A DNA stretch of 63,415 nt, filler included, from Asterionella formosa (lineage: Eukaryota): assembly GCA_002256025.1 (NCBI GenBank). It is 8 parts of 8 records of this genome, joined end to end, with 100 filler letters (N's around TTAATTAATTAA, not from the genome) between each part and the next. Parts side by side here need not be neighbours in the genome. Positions count along the whole stretch, not along the records: positions 1 to 26,505 come from NKIB01001699.1; 7 more parts are not named here. One strand, given 5' to 3'. Position 1 is the stretch's first letter, and each line of letters opens with the position of its first letter. Of this stretch, positions 10,714 through 22,643 are shown piece after piece. The translations under genes were made by a program, and so were the position numbers. Under the pieces are notes generated by a model. That model had not been told where the DNA came from. It searched no databases and was given only the letters and a program-made list of their open reading frames with translations.

Positions 10714-11838
10714 ATGGTCCTCCCACTACCTGAAAAGGTCCTCAGCCTCCAGACAATCAAGGAATCCACACTCGCAGCCTGCCAAGCAACAACAAATCGC
10801 TGGGAGCATAAAGAAAGGCTGGCACTTCGCCCAGTGGAAACGAGAGACCTTCCGAGTCTCTTAACTTTCCTTTCAGCTACCGACGTTTCGCTGCAAGACA
10901 CGTCGCGGGATTTCCAAGACTTTTACCATGGAATTTTGTCCGAGGGAAAAGATGGGAATGTATGCGCTGCAGCAATCTTCTATTTGGCCTATTCTACCTG
11001 GGATTCTCGATACATTTACATCAACCACATCCACGTGGATGACACATCCCTCGAAACATCCTTGATGTATACTTTAGCTGATGTTGCGATCAAACTAGAT
11101 TGCCACAGATTGGTGTGGCAGCATTATGATAACAAGGCACCCTACTACAAGGAATTGAAAGCTGAAACTCTGGAAGGTTGGATGACACTACGTATGGATG
11201 CAGAAGCAATTGATACCTTCCTTGCCACAAAAGAGACCCTGGCTCCTACGTTATCGACTTCCGAAGATTTCACTCTAGAAGCAGCTGTTAGAGCCATTGA
11301 CGAATTTTTGGTATTGACCAACACTTCATTGGAAAGTAGGGGGCTCAAGTTGCATCGAGCAACTGAAGAAGAACTCGACGAAATAGAAGTCCAAGTAGCT
11401 GGCCTTGCATTGTATGAAAAAGAACCAGAGTCGGTGCATGTCAACAAGGAACACTATCGTATAGATGGCTACCAAACTGACCACCCACTTTTCCATTGCC
11501 TATTGTTGCAAGATACTGAAACAAAGACGTACCATGGAATGGGATTTTTCTACTTTGGTTATGATTTCGATAAAGGGCGCTTCTTATATTTGGAAGATCT
11601 CTTCTTTGAAGTATCCCATCGAGGTCGCGGAGGGGGGGAGATGGTCATGTATGCGCTAGCAAGTGTCTGTAAGCGATTGGCTTGTACTGGGTTTGTGTGG
11701 CAAGCTTTGGACTGGAACTTTCCAGCCATAACATTCTACAAAAAGATTGGGGCAGTCATCGTCGATGGTTTAAGGACCACACGGTTCGCAGGAGCCAACT
11801 TGAGAGCTTTTTCTGAAAGTAGACCTGAGAATTTGTGA
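10714..11838 (+). CDS. Tandem two-domain GNAT, diamine/thialysine acetyltransferase (SSAT)-like
   Basis: First ATG at 10714. Domain 1: FYLAYSTWDSRYIYI. Domain 2: LALYEK, LYLEDLF, HRGRGGG, ALDWNFPAITFYKKIGA. Confidence 0.85.
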   Translation: MVLPLPEKVLSLQTIKESTLAACQATTNRWEHKERLALRPVETRDLPSLLTFLSATDVSLQDTSRDFQDFYHGILSEGKDGNVCAAAIFYLAYSTWDSRYIYINHIHVDDTSLETSLMYTLADVAIKLDCHRLVWQHYDNKAPYYKELKAETLEGWMTLRMDAEAIDTFLATKETLAPTLSTSEDFTLEAAVRAIDEFLVLTNTSLESRGLKLHRATEEELDEIEVQVAGLALYEKEPESVHVNKEHYRIDGYQTDHPLFHCLLLQDTETKTYHGMGFFYFGYDFDKGRFLYLEDLFFEVSHRGRGGGEMVMYALASVCKRLACTGFVWQALDWNFPAITFYKKIGAVIVDGLRTTRFAGANLRAFSESRPENL

Positions 11839-11936
11839 AATTGTTGTGGATTCCAATCTATTCTATTTTCTTATGGCAATTCTGTAGCATCATACAATTA
11901 AAAGTTTGATTTTATTCGAACTTGCAATATCGAAAG

Positions 11937-13384
11937 CTAGTTGTCTCCGCCTCTCTTTCTCTTTCCGAACAAATTTCCCATGATTTTCTTGGTGACATCC
12001 CCTGGTTGAATTCAACAATAGAAGATGACAATTAGATGACACTTTGTGGACTTCAGATATGATAACCGAGAAAAACGACATGGGATCGCTGTATATTTAA
12101 TAGCTGTAGCCTTTCAGATGAACTTACCAAATTCATATTCATCTTTCCCTGTCAAATTCTTTAGGGCTTGTTTTGTCACGTCGCCTATGACCGCATAAGA
12201 AAATTTAATGTACATTGGTTGAGACAAATCAGAAATTGCAGAACAAAGAACCCTTTATTGCAATATCTACATACCAAATTGGTAGGCTGCTGCTGTTTCC
12301 TCTCCCAAAAACGAACTCATCCAGGCTCGTCGTTGGTTTTCAATTGCCTTCGTGATGTCGCCGAACTCGTCTGATGGATATAATTTGAGCAATAAGAAAC
12401 TGAAAAACAAAAAAGCCAACATTACACTTACATTCTCCCTTTCCAGTAAATCCTGCAACTCGCTCTTTGATGCGCCGATCGATTTCTTTGCTCAGGTCAC
12501 CAAACTCATCTGTTTAAAACGACGAACACATCAGTAATAACAACCCATTGCTTATTTTCAAAGCGCCAACACACTTACATTCTCCATCTGTCTTCCCGCA
12601 AAATTCAACAACGGCAGCCTTGACGCGGCTATCGATCTCCTTTGAAAGGTCTCCAGGTTCGTCTGTGGAAATGAAATAAAGTATCATTGTAAACTTATGT
12701 TCAAGTAGCAACAAGAGCAGTTAGCTGCGCAAAACACTTACAGTCGTCTTTTCCAGTCAACTGCTTGGTGAATTCTTTACTCATTGTATCGAGAGCCACA
12801 GTCAAGTCTCCAAGCTCATCTAAAATTGATTCCCAGCCAAAGTGAGCACAATACAGTAAATAAAGAGGATGCGACTCATTCAACAACCTTACATTCTTCT
12901 TTACCACGCAACATGGCGACTTGTTCCTTAACCCGGGAATCAAGTTCCTTAGAAAAATCACCTGCGAGAAGATGATACAAAAGACAAATATTAAAAAAAT
13001 AAGTTTCTTCTGAAATCATACACTACCTCAAAATACTGTACAAGTAGCCTCAAGTGACCGCAACATGAACTTACCAACCTTGTACTCTTCCTTCCCGGTA
13101 AATTCTCTGGCATTTTTCTTCACGTCTTCGATAATAGCGCATCTAACAAGTTCAGTCAGCTCCATAGTCAAGCCCATCCATTCATCGTCAGCCACAAGAT
13201 TGCCAACCTTCTGTTCCATCTGTTCTTTATTTAGCTTTGGTAGATCTCCAGATTCTGAAGAAGATCCTTCGCTTAAGAAAATTTTGCCGCGGGTAAGAGA
13301 GGTGGCATAGCGGCGGTGGTAAGAGAGAACACCAAAAGCATCGGCAGCAGCGACAACAAGCACAAGGCGGATAATGCGTGTCAT
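11937..13384 (-). CDS. Plastid-targeted repeat protein (GKxxYxFGDxxK repeats), 8 exons, 278 aa, function unknown
   Basis: Exons 13384-13075, 12961-12893, 12819-12742, 12662-12579, 12509-12432, 12370-12275, 12184-12128 and 12001-11937 join through GT-AG introns into an open 837-nt frame. Signal peptide ending ADA-F. Confidence 0.88.
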
Positions 13385-16300
13385 GGTGGATTGATTTTAT
13401 TTTGTAGGGATTTGAGTGTCATATGGTGATGCATGAGGGGAGGTTTTCGCCGTGCGTTCTCTGCCTATACCGGTAGACTGACTCAGTAAGTAATATTACT
13501 GGTGGTGCTCCAGTACTCTTTTGCTCCTGATGTGTTAATAATACATGTGTTAATACTTGTATTTAATAAGCGCAAAATGTTTATTCTTAGAGAAACCTGC
13601 ATGTGCATTGTTCTTTGATCATTACAAGAAAGCCATGGTGTTGTTGTTGTTGTTGTTAGCCTGGTCCTGCATCTGATGCTATTAATGCGGAAACCCTTCT
13701 AAGAAGTCCAAGAAAGAATATAGAAATAGAGATGAGTGAAGTCTTGAGCCCAGCCACATACCACCCCCAAAGACAATCAGCATAGCCAATGATAACAACA
13801 TTGCGGGAATGCCCAGCAGCTGCTTAACAGAGAGTACAGTAGTAACTGACAATTGCAGTCAAATCCAGGAAGTGTAATAAGTGGAAAAATTCCCCAATGC
13901 AAAGCAGAAGGGTCAGAACAGCATTGCCTTGTATCTACCATTGAGGACATACCGGTAAAAAAAGGAGATCAAAGGGAAAACAAAGTCAGCCAGTATATTA
14001 CCTTGAGCGACAACATCATCAATGCTATGTAACACAAAAGGGAAATTATATACATTTGCTTACAAGATTTCATCAAATTAAAATGCCAGCCATGAAGTTG
14101 CAACCCATCAGAATGCAAATGGCTTCCAGATTACCAAGGAAACTCCAGCCTAGAAATCGCCATGTCGATGATTGGGCGTTCGGCAATGGTCGTCCTGGCA
14201 AGCAATTGAGCGAGGCAGTCTCAATCCTTGAATATCGATTTAAAATGTAACCTATTAATTGAAAAGAAATTATTACGGCTGAGGCGTTTGATTGAGCAAA
14301 AGAACCACAATTGCCACCGTCACCACGAATAAAACCGCAAGCGCAGGAAAAAAGCCTTCTGGATTATCTCTGTTTACAAATGATGGAAGCACTTCTTGTG
14401 TGAGAGGTACATTCTTGTCACCATACTCCATCTTTTCGTCGCGCGTTTAAACTGAAACGTTGCAGTGTTCTAAATTGTGCCTGATATTGTTCGGGCAGAC
14501 AAACCAGAAATAACCCTTGTTAAGTTCGATAGCAATAGATTCTCAGCTGATTTCAACCGATATTCCTCTCTTGCAGAAGCAACGGAAAATCTGCTCGTTT
14601 GCAGATGATTGCCAGTGATAGTATAGAAAGCAAATAACCTTCGCCTCCTTGTACACAGTTCGCAACTCTTAAATTGAAAAGAAAGGCAGAAATGACACAT
14701 GAAGTGCAATCATGTACCGGTAGACTAAAATATGATGACGGTATAGGACCAGCTGTCTATAGGTACGGGCAATAGTTACCAGTACCTGGTACCAGGTACT
14801 GTTAATCGTGCGATGATTGATTGCTGCGCATTTCTTTACAAAAATCCAGTAACAAAATAACATGAGTAGGCTAATTTTTCATACCGGTGTATACATATAG
14901 ATATATATTATTACTATATGATAGTAGATGGATTCACTTTTTATTCGACAGAGAATGATAACCGTAGTGGAAGCTAGTGCATTAGTAATTTACTAACACT
15001 GTGTATGGGTTCAGGGGAGGTAACATCACCATTGGAAATGTATGCCCTATTAATTAAGCATTAATGAATGCCTGTGCCGATGAGCGAAGCAATACCAGGT
15101 TATCCCATGATGACAAAGTAGTACAGGCATAATGAAGGTCCCTGCACGCTAAATACACACCTTTTCAGTTTCGAATCATTCCACCCTCCTGCCGGGCGAG
15201 ATAGGCTGGCTTTCAATTCCAAGCTTTCATAAGTAATATACTATGCTGTTACATTGTAATTCACTACTGATTCCAAGTCGTGATCGGTTAATAAAAATTG
15301 TGTTCACCAACACTTACCGGAAGTCATATTCAGCCCCTGGAAGACAGCTTGCTAAACCGGTTCATCAATCAGCAAATCAGAAATTATATTCGTGATAATG
15401 ACTATGACCATAGATTTAGATATTACCTTGCTTATGTTCATAGAGCAGGTAAGGCTATCAGGGGTACTGGATATATATGTATCTTATGGAAATATGTACT
15501 TCACATACGCCAAGGGTCATTCAGAAAATCTAGACGGATTCAGCAATTTCTAAAGTCGCTGTCAGCAAGTTGTAAATGTTGAAAGAAATTCCCATTTTTA
15601 TTCCTAAAAGACAGTTTGCTCAACTGGTTCATCAGTCGTCAGCAAGTCATAGTTGTATTCTGTAAATCTGAGTCGGATTTGGTGACTGCATCTACAAATC
15701 ATCATCGGTCAATTACAGTTACAAAGGTTTCCTAAATTGTGTTAAGGATTATTTGAATTCTAAGGCTGGCCTATCTCACCTAGCAGGCATGAAACAAATC
15801 ATCAGAAGTGAGATGAAACTGAAAAGTTGTGAATAAAATGTGCTTTACTAGACCTTCCAGCCCTTTAACACAAGCAAGAATACTCGCAGGCAGCCTCTTC
15901 CTGCCCAATTGGGGCAATTCACAACCTAGCTTTTGGCGCACTTTTTGCCACTTTTTTACCATATCAGTTAACATTGAAAACATGTTTACATGCTTTTTAT
16001 GTTGGTTCCAGAGTGGCCGCAATTTCCCATCATATAAAACATATTGGACATATTTCATATGATTAGCTTTTGGAATACTCAATTCTACAATTGTCCTTCA
16101 TATAAAAATTACTTTTGTATTTTTTATTTGCTCCGTTTTTGGATTGCTAAACTACGTTTATTTGAGGGAATTCCTTGATTACTGATATTTATGGACCCTA
16201 TATTTGCCTGCCAACTACTTAAGGAAATTGGACTGCCGATTTCAGAAGAAGGGAGTGCCTTTCTGTGAAGTGTTGCTGGCGATTCCACCATATACCTTAA

Positions 16301-17021
16301 CTGCTTTCTTCCTGTATGTTCAGACTCATACTAACTGTATTTATTGATGAATCAAGTAATGATTTGTCATCAAATGGATGCAGCTGGTTGTTGGATGGCT
16401 GATTTGACTTCTGGTGGGATTCATATTGTTGCATCACACTTGCTTCATTCACCATCATAGGACCAAAATGTTTTGGTTCCTCTTTCTGTCGAATTTGGAA
16501 AGCCTTACATATCACCTCTTTTTTTAGATTTGATAGATAGTGACCAGTCGGCAATAGCGACCTTGATCAGTGGTTTGGTATCAAAACTCAAAATGTTATG
16601 ATAGGTCTCGCTCAGTTAGGCTTCCACTGTCACTGAACCAGTATTTTCGTCAGATACAATCAGCCATAAAATTGTAACGATAACTCTGCAACATGTTTTC
16701 TACATGTCTTACACTTTCTCAAATCAGATCTTGGCAGCAAGCTTTTGTGCTCACTCATTTTTTGGATTCGTCTGCTGCATGCTCTACAATAGTAGTGGTT
16801 TTTTTTAATCACCATGTTCCTTTTATATTATCACCTACAATGACAACAAAAAGTCGTCAATCCCAATGCGCAATATCAACTTAGAAAACAGGAGGAACAT
16901 GGTGATGAGAACCATGACAAGGACAGTGATCAGATAAAGTCTGTGAATTAATTGCATCGAAAAGGCCCTGTTTCATAGACGATTGGCATCAATTCATATC
17001 TATCAATTAAGATCCTAAGAA

Positions 17022-20000
17022 TTAATGTAGCATCCTAGCAGACGACAATCCCATCTGACTAATCTTCATGAGATCAAAATGTTTTGCCAACGATTGTTCC
17101 ATCTTTGTGCGAGACGCGAGCAATTGGTCTTTTTCTTCGGCAAAAACCTGCCCAGACGTGATCGCTTCCTGTGCCAGCTCCCACAACAAATCGATCTTGT
17201 GATAGGGTACAAAATCAATGTCACCCTTCTCAGGAAGTCGAGATGCAGCATGATTTTCCCTTGATTCCCCGTCGAGAACTGAAGATACAATGTCACATGC
17301 TTCTCTGTACATTCCCCGATTCAAATAGAGTCCAATCAAACTAGAAGGGTCGCCTTTTTTCGAAGATTGGCTGACCTTAGCAAACAACCCAGGCGTGTCG
17401 TCGACTCCGAGGAGGAAAGACTGAAGCCAGTAAGGCAACGAAATTAAACTGGAGCTTTGATCCAACAAACATGCTGCAACTTCCACAGCGAGAGGGCAAC
17501 TTGCTGTGCTGTAAGCCAACGTTGCTTGGCGAAGCAACTCCATGGCGGCAGCTTTTCTTGCCGATCGAAAAACCCCATGTGCACATTTCGAACCGAATGC
17601 GAAACAAAATGAATTGGAACTATTATCGAAATAGTCGATTGCTTCGTGAAGCTGGGCAAGTGTGGGGTATTTGACATTAATTTCCAGCTCCATGTCGTTG
17701 CTGGCTCCAGTATCGCTATTCACTAAAGGGGCCACACATGTGAGTAGGATGTGACTAATTGCATCGTGAAAAACATCGCGACCTCGGAGCTTGGTCCCTG
17801 CACTCCTGTCACTGTGAACTGCCGTCATGGCTTTAGCAACGAGGAATGATTCCTTAAGGTATCCATGCAATAACAATGTATCAATAAAAGTTCGATCAAG
17901 CTCCAATGATGGCTTTTGGTGAAAAATCAAGGTGTTAGGGGCCGTTGATGAGGAATCTGAAAATAACTTCTGGAAAGCAAGCGCTCTGACCGCACGCCAT
18001 TTGAGATCGCTAGATGTCATGAATCGAGATAAACGATCGTCCCTCGAAACGGGGAGTTGCAGTGCTCCTTGCAGTGGACTGTCATTGCCCCGCATCCGTT
18101 TGAGGATTGACTTGGGAGCCAGTTCTCTTTCTTCCAAAATAGGAAGCGGTGCATATGGACCAAACTCGCCAGAGACGAAAAAGCGGTCAGCTTCATCGTC
18201 AACCAAAGAAATTGCATTTGCCGAAGAAACGGCAGATCCGGCGATATCCTTCACGGCAAGACAAATGTTGATCCCTGGACTACCAGCTGCTGCATCAAAG
18301 GCAGTGAGGGCATCCAGATGACGAAGGTCCATTGCTTGAGCAGCGCGCTTCCAATTTCTGGTCGAAGCATGGAGTGTGTATAGACATCCAAGGTAGTCAG
18401 TAGGGTACTTTAAAGCAGAAGTGTATCTATTGTTGAGTTCAGTCGCGAGTGTTTCGGCCGCAATTTCGAACAAGTCAAGTCCGTGTGCCCCAGGTCCCGA
18501 CAACTTTCCACAATGATAGAGTAATTCATCCAGAGCACCTGCATCAACTATGGCTTTCGCAAAGCGTTTACAGTTGCTTATTCGTAATTCAAGAACAGGG
18601 TTGCTTGTGCAAGCAATGTATGCGATCTCCCAATGATGAGACGATTCTGCATGTCGGAAAAGTCGAGACCACAGAGCAATGTATTCTGGCATTGACTTGA
18701 AGATCTGTTCTGGCAAGAGCATCTCCACCTTAGAAATAACTTCTTGTGTAAACTCTAGAAGCATTGACGCACTACCATCGACAGATGAAGCTAAGCGACC
18801 AAGCCTGTCCGTATGCCGCTCTAAGATACTGAGATGGCTAACGAGATTGGATATTAACAAGAGAACTCTGGCAAGCATTGTGATTGCGTCGCAATCTGAC
18901 TTTTTTAACGTCTCCATCGGGTTTGCTCTTCCTTCGATGAATAGAGGCGAAAAGAGAGTGTGGGCAGTCTGTTGATTGCACAGGCGTCGAGTCTCCTCTT
19001 TTATTGTGCCGGTACTCCCCCCTAGAATAAGCTGCATTCCGGATAACATAAAATCGGAATCATCTAGTAAACCGGAAGTGCCGTGGTGTTGCTCACGAAA
19101 GGCAACTAAAAGGTCATACGCGCTTTGAACCATGTTCAGATCAGATTCCATTTCGACTATTGACGACGAAAACATTGTCGAGGCGCGCGCACGCAGGTCA
19201 GGGGCACCGGAGTGATTTTTTCTTTCATTCGACTCGAAGAGGAAACATTCAGCCAGAGCTTCATTTCTGGCTAGGGTAGCGTTACAGTCCTCGTCTGTGT
19301 ATGGGATCAACATACAAGGAAGCAGCAACCTAAGAGCCACTCGAGGGTAATCACTAGCAATTGATTCATTACTCGGCGACGGTAAGACACCGAGCTCTTT
19401 CATAAGAAGGAAATATGGTTTCCCCATGGATGATGTTTTTTCGGAGCCTACAACAATGGATTCCAAAACAGATCTTGCCATGTTGATCATAACGACATCT
19501 ATAGTCGTGGAAACTCCAGTCTCCATCGCTTGACACAACTGTATCATGCGCGTATCCAACACAGTAGTCTGCTTCGGGTTTCCCGGCAAGAGACCTCTTG
19601 GGTTTCCCTCGAATGTCAGACGTTTAACGGGCGGCGATTCTCCCGACGTAATTGTCTGCAATACAGCCATAGATGGCACAGTAACATGTTGCCCACAACT
19701 CCAGAGAGTCGCAAGAGCGTGGAGATACGAACGAAAGGCTGTGCGCGAAGCAGCCATTGGTGCTTGAATTCCAGTCAACAAGAGGCAGCGGCCTAACTGC
19801 AATCGACGAACCGATTCCATTGCTTGGATAAAGAGAGCACATGCTGAGTGTCGGATTTGTGTCCCTACCATTTGACTGCGCAGAAGCGTTGGAGGGCCAT
19901 TTGCGTCACCAGAAGCAAGTACAGTCAGTCCAGGGAGAGAAGAGTCAAGCGGTGATCGACATAACCAACTATTTATTTCCGCAACTGTCATTGAGTTCAG

Positions 20001-21950
20001 ATAATTCTGGATCGAGACACAATCAATTGCTGCATTTTTTGAATTGTATACAATGGCCATGTTAGCACTCATGGTCCAGTTGCCAAGTGCCCCCAATTCA
20101 TTAAAGACTGCTTCGCTTCTTGGTGCAACATTGCAAGCCTGGGAAATGTCATCAGTTATCTTTTGCTCAATCGCAGAAAGCAAAGTCGATTTGTCCTTCG
20201 TGCGCTCGATCTGCTCCAAAAGTGCAAGTGCAATCCTGTCCAAAAAGTCTTCCTTGGTCGACGATGTAGTTGGCGCTTTAGACTCAACAATTGCGGTAAT
20301 GGAATTTGAGCGCAATAGTGCTGTACGTCCGGAGGGAAGACATGCCAACAAAAGTGGAGTGTTCCCTCTGTTCTCTTCATGCCAAACAGTTTGTAGAATT
20401 TTCCTCCAGCGACCCATATGTGATTCCACTTGAGCCTGGAAGCCTTCATCTTTCTCGTCAAGATGAATGCCATCATCAGTGGTGTCATTTTGCGTGGAAA
20501 GTGTCCGCATTCCTTCCAGTCGCTTCCACTCATGCATGGCACGTAAGCACTCAAGCTCAATGCTGCGCGTTTCGTCGCGTACATAATCGTGCACCAATTT
20601 TGTAATGACAGTGTAAATTGTACTTGATGAAGGACCTGTCACACTACCATCACCTCTTGGATAGAACGGACGAAACAGGTGCTTCATGTATTTTGTATCA
20701 ATGCAATGCAGAGCTTGTACGATCGTATTGTCCGCGTCTATTGACACTTCCAAAGTAGCTATACGGTTGTATTCTTGCATGGCCCAGCCATCTAAAGTGT
20801 ATTCTTGAGGTGTCAAGAGAGGCTTGGAACCCAAGATGGAGGTAAATGATGGAGGATACGTAACAAGAAGAGGACCTTGCTCAGATTGGAAGAACGCCAT
20901 AAGATGGCAACGCTTTGTGGCTGACAAGTCCATGTCGACAAGAGAAGTGACCCCATCAGGAATGGTCAGTCGCACGGTGGACGAAAGCGAAATTGATTCT
21001 GTTACTCCATGAACAACAGTCAAAGTGGACCCCTCTTCGTTTGATTCAATATGAATAGCAACAGCGTAGGCACCCTCATACATCCTAGAGCGCAGAACAA
21101 TTGAGTTATGACAGTGATTGGTCCACACAGAAGGGTCGGGAAGGTCAATCACCAATGTCACAACTTCCGTAGGCAAATTCGACAAGGACATATCCAGCTT
21201 CCATCGACGCACGCTAGCGTCAGAGTGCAAGGAAAATATCAAGTACAAATGATCGTCCTGCTGGATAGAGGTCAATGCTGAAACGGATGGAATGTCCACT
21301 GGCACTTCCGGCCGACCCAGCAACATATCAGTGGCTTTGAAAAACGCATTGGTGATTCCAGATGATGCGACAGCTACAGAAGACCACACAGAAACTGATC
21401 TCGATTTCAAGTCGACTGACAGTACGTAAGGGTCCACAGCCATCACTCCCAAGGTCTGATTCAAAAACGTGATCATGGACGATTCCAGCTCCACCCCGGA
21501 ATACGCCAAGTTGGCCTCTTCCATGATAACAGCAACAGAAACCAAATCGACATCGATCGGAGACAAGTCTGAAGCATCTAAGGAAAGCATTATGATATTG
21601 GAGCAAGCGTCCGCAAGTAAGAGTCGGATCTGCTGGCCGTCAGCAAATGCCTGAATCTTAACTGGGGTCTCCAGGCCTGCACTTGCCACGTCTAATTCGA
21701 TTGAAACAGCGCTATTTTCCAACATCGTTACAATAATCACGGATGGTTCATCTGGTCTAGCGCACGTCACAAGGTAGGAATGTTCGCCGAGCGACGATAC
21801 AGACGCCGAGCCGATCGAGGTTTCCACAAAGGAGACTACTTCATCAGTGACCCCCGCAAGGTTCGTTTCTCGTTCAAAGCTTCCATCCTTAATGATATAG
21901 CGCCTTCTCTTGGTGCCTTTGTGCTGCAAGAAGGGAACTTCAGACAACAT
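17022..21950 (-). CDS. NUP160: Nuclear pore complex protein Nup160/Nup120-like
   Basis: ~1640-aa intronless ORF, first ATG at 21950. Propeller-like N-terminus (FSLHSDASVRRW) and helical C-terminus with LYTLH...NWKRAAQAM, LPYWL and VPYHKIDLL. Confidence 0.75.
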   Translation of the reverse strand: MLSEVPFLQHKGTKRRRYIIKDGSFERETNLAGVTDEVVSFVETSIGSASVSSLGEHSYLVTCARPDEPSVIIVTMLENSAVSIELDVASAGLETPVKIQAFADGQQIRLLLADACSNIIMLSLDASDLSPIDVDLVSVAVIMEEANLAYSGVELESSMITFLNQTLGVMAVDPYVLSVDLKSRSVSVWSSVAVASSGITNAFFKATDMLLGRPEVPVDIPSVSALTSIQQDDHLYLIFSLHSDASVRRWKLDMSLSNLPTEVVTLVIDLPDPSVWTNHCHNSIVLRSRMYEGAYAVAIHIESNEEGSTLTVVHGVTESISLSSTVRLTIPDGVTSLVDMDLSATKRCHLMAFFQSEQGPLLVTYPPSFTSILGSKPLLTPQEYTLDGWAMQEYNRIATLEVSIDADNTIVQALHCIDTKYMKHLFRPFYPRGDGSVTGPSSSTIYTVITKLVHDYVRDETRSIELECLRAMHEWKRLEGMRTLSTQNDTTDDGIHLDEKDEGFQAQVESHMGRWRKILQTVWHEENRGNTPLLLACLPSGRTALLRSNSITAIVESKAPTTSSTKEDFLDRIALALLEQIERTKDKSTLLSAIEQKITDDISQACNVAPRSEAVFNELGALGNWTMSANMAIVYNSKNAAIDCVSIQNYLNSMTVAEINSWLCRSPLDSSLPGLTVLASGDANGPPTLLRSQMVGTQIRHSACALFIQAMESVRRLQLGRCLLLTGIQAPMAASRTAFRSYLHALATLWSCGQHVTVPSMAVLQTITSGESPPVKRLTFEGNPRGLLPGNPKQTTVLDTRMIQLCQAMETGVSTTIDVVMINMARSVLESIVVGSEKTSSMGKPYFLLMKELGVLPSPSNESIASDYPRVALRLLLPCMLIPYTDEDCNATLARNEALAECFLFESNERKNHSGAPDLRARASTMFSSSIVEMESDLNMVQSAYDLLVAFREQHHGTSGLLDDSDFMLSGMQLILGGSTGTIKEETRRLCNQQTAHTLFSPLFIEGRANPMETLKKSDCDAITMLARVLLLISNLVSHLSILERHTDRLGRLASSVDGSASMLLEFTQEVISKVEMLLPEQIFKSMPEYIALWSRLFRHAESSHHWEIAYIACTSNPVLELRISNCKRFAKAIVDAGALDELLYHCGKLSGPGAHGLDLFEIAAETLATELNNRYTSALKYPTDYLGCLYTLHASTRNWKRAAQAMDLRHLDALTAFDAAAGSPGINICLAVKDIAGSAVSSANAISLVDDEADRFFVSGEFGPYAPLPILEERELAPKSILKRMRGNDSPLQGALQLPVSRDDRLSRFMTSSDLKWRAVRALAFQKLFSDSSSTAPNTLIFHQKPSLELDRTFIDTLLLHGYLKESFLVAKAMTAVHSDRSAGTKLRGRDVFHDAISHILLTCVAPLVNSDTGASNDMELEINVKYPTLAQLHEAIDYFDNSSNSFCFAFGSKCAHGVFRSARKAAAMELLRQATLAYSTASCPLAVEVAACLLDQSSSLISLPYWLQSFLLGVDDTPGLFAKVSQSSKKGDPSSLIGLYLNRGMYREACDIVSSVLDGESRENHAASRLPEKGDIDFVPYHKIDLLWELAQEAITSGQVFAEEKDQLLASRTKMEQSLAKHFDLMKISQMGLSSARMLH

Positions 21951-22037
21951 TGCAGTGATGGAAGGATAATATGGCTTCAAAGCGTCGTATCGTATATGTA
22001 GTCGATGATGAAGCCAAAGTCAAATGAAACCACATCT

Positions 22038-22400
22038 ACTACCTGGTACCAGTATGATATATGATATACCGGAATACTGATAGTATACGCTCAATGTACC
22101 TACCGTTACCGGTACATATGGGTAGACTAACTGGTACAGATTTCAACTCGAGTACCGGTACCGGTAGCGGTACGGTATATTTGTATTTATGTATTGTGCG
22201 TAATGCGGCATTGATGCACCATGCTGCTGCGCGCATGACGAATGGAGGTGCCTTGCCCTTTGTCCCATATGTACTGCCTTTTCGCACGTATGTGCATACC
22301 TGTACATGATTGGTCTGTACATACCGGTACACAGCAAGGTGCGGGGACAGTTTGCAGCATCACGAGTACGGTAATGGTACCAGGTACCTAGTACCAGGTG
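22038..22400. promoter_or_regulatory. Divergent promoter region (NUP160/RSL1D1) dense in GTAC, TACCGGTA and CCAGGTACC words
   Basis: Lies between two divergent start codons and holds many overlapping palindromic words. A regulatory role is inferred from position only. Confidence 0.45.
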
Positions 22401-22643
22401 GTAGTAGTAAATGTGTAGTGTACCACACAGGTGAACTCACGAACCGGCAATGGTCGTACCTGCATTCTGCTTGCCGGTTTTTGAGCCAACTTTGAGAGCT
22501 TATAACCTATTATTGGTTAGACCAACCAAAAACAGAAAAAAGATGAAATATTTAGCTAACACATGATTGATGGAATAAGAAAAAATAAATATATATGATC
22601 TGTCGCACTTTTTCCTTTCCTCATTTGATAATTGCAGTTGACC

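Noticed and set aside
14270..14720. Possible small spliced minus-strand gene ending in a hydrophobic segment (MEYGDKN...LAVLFVVTVAIVVLLL)
   Set aside because: No convincing start or splice model and no recognisable family; left uncalled.
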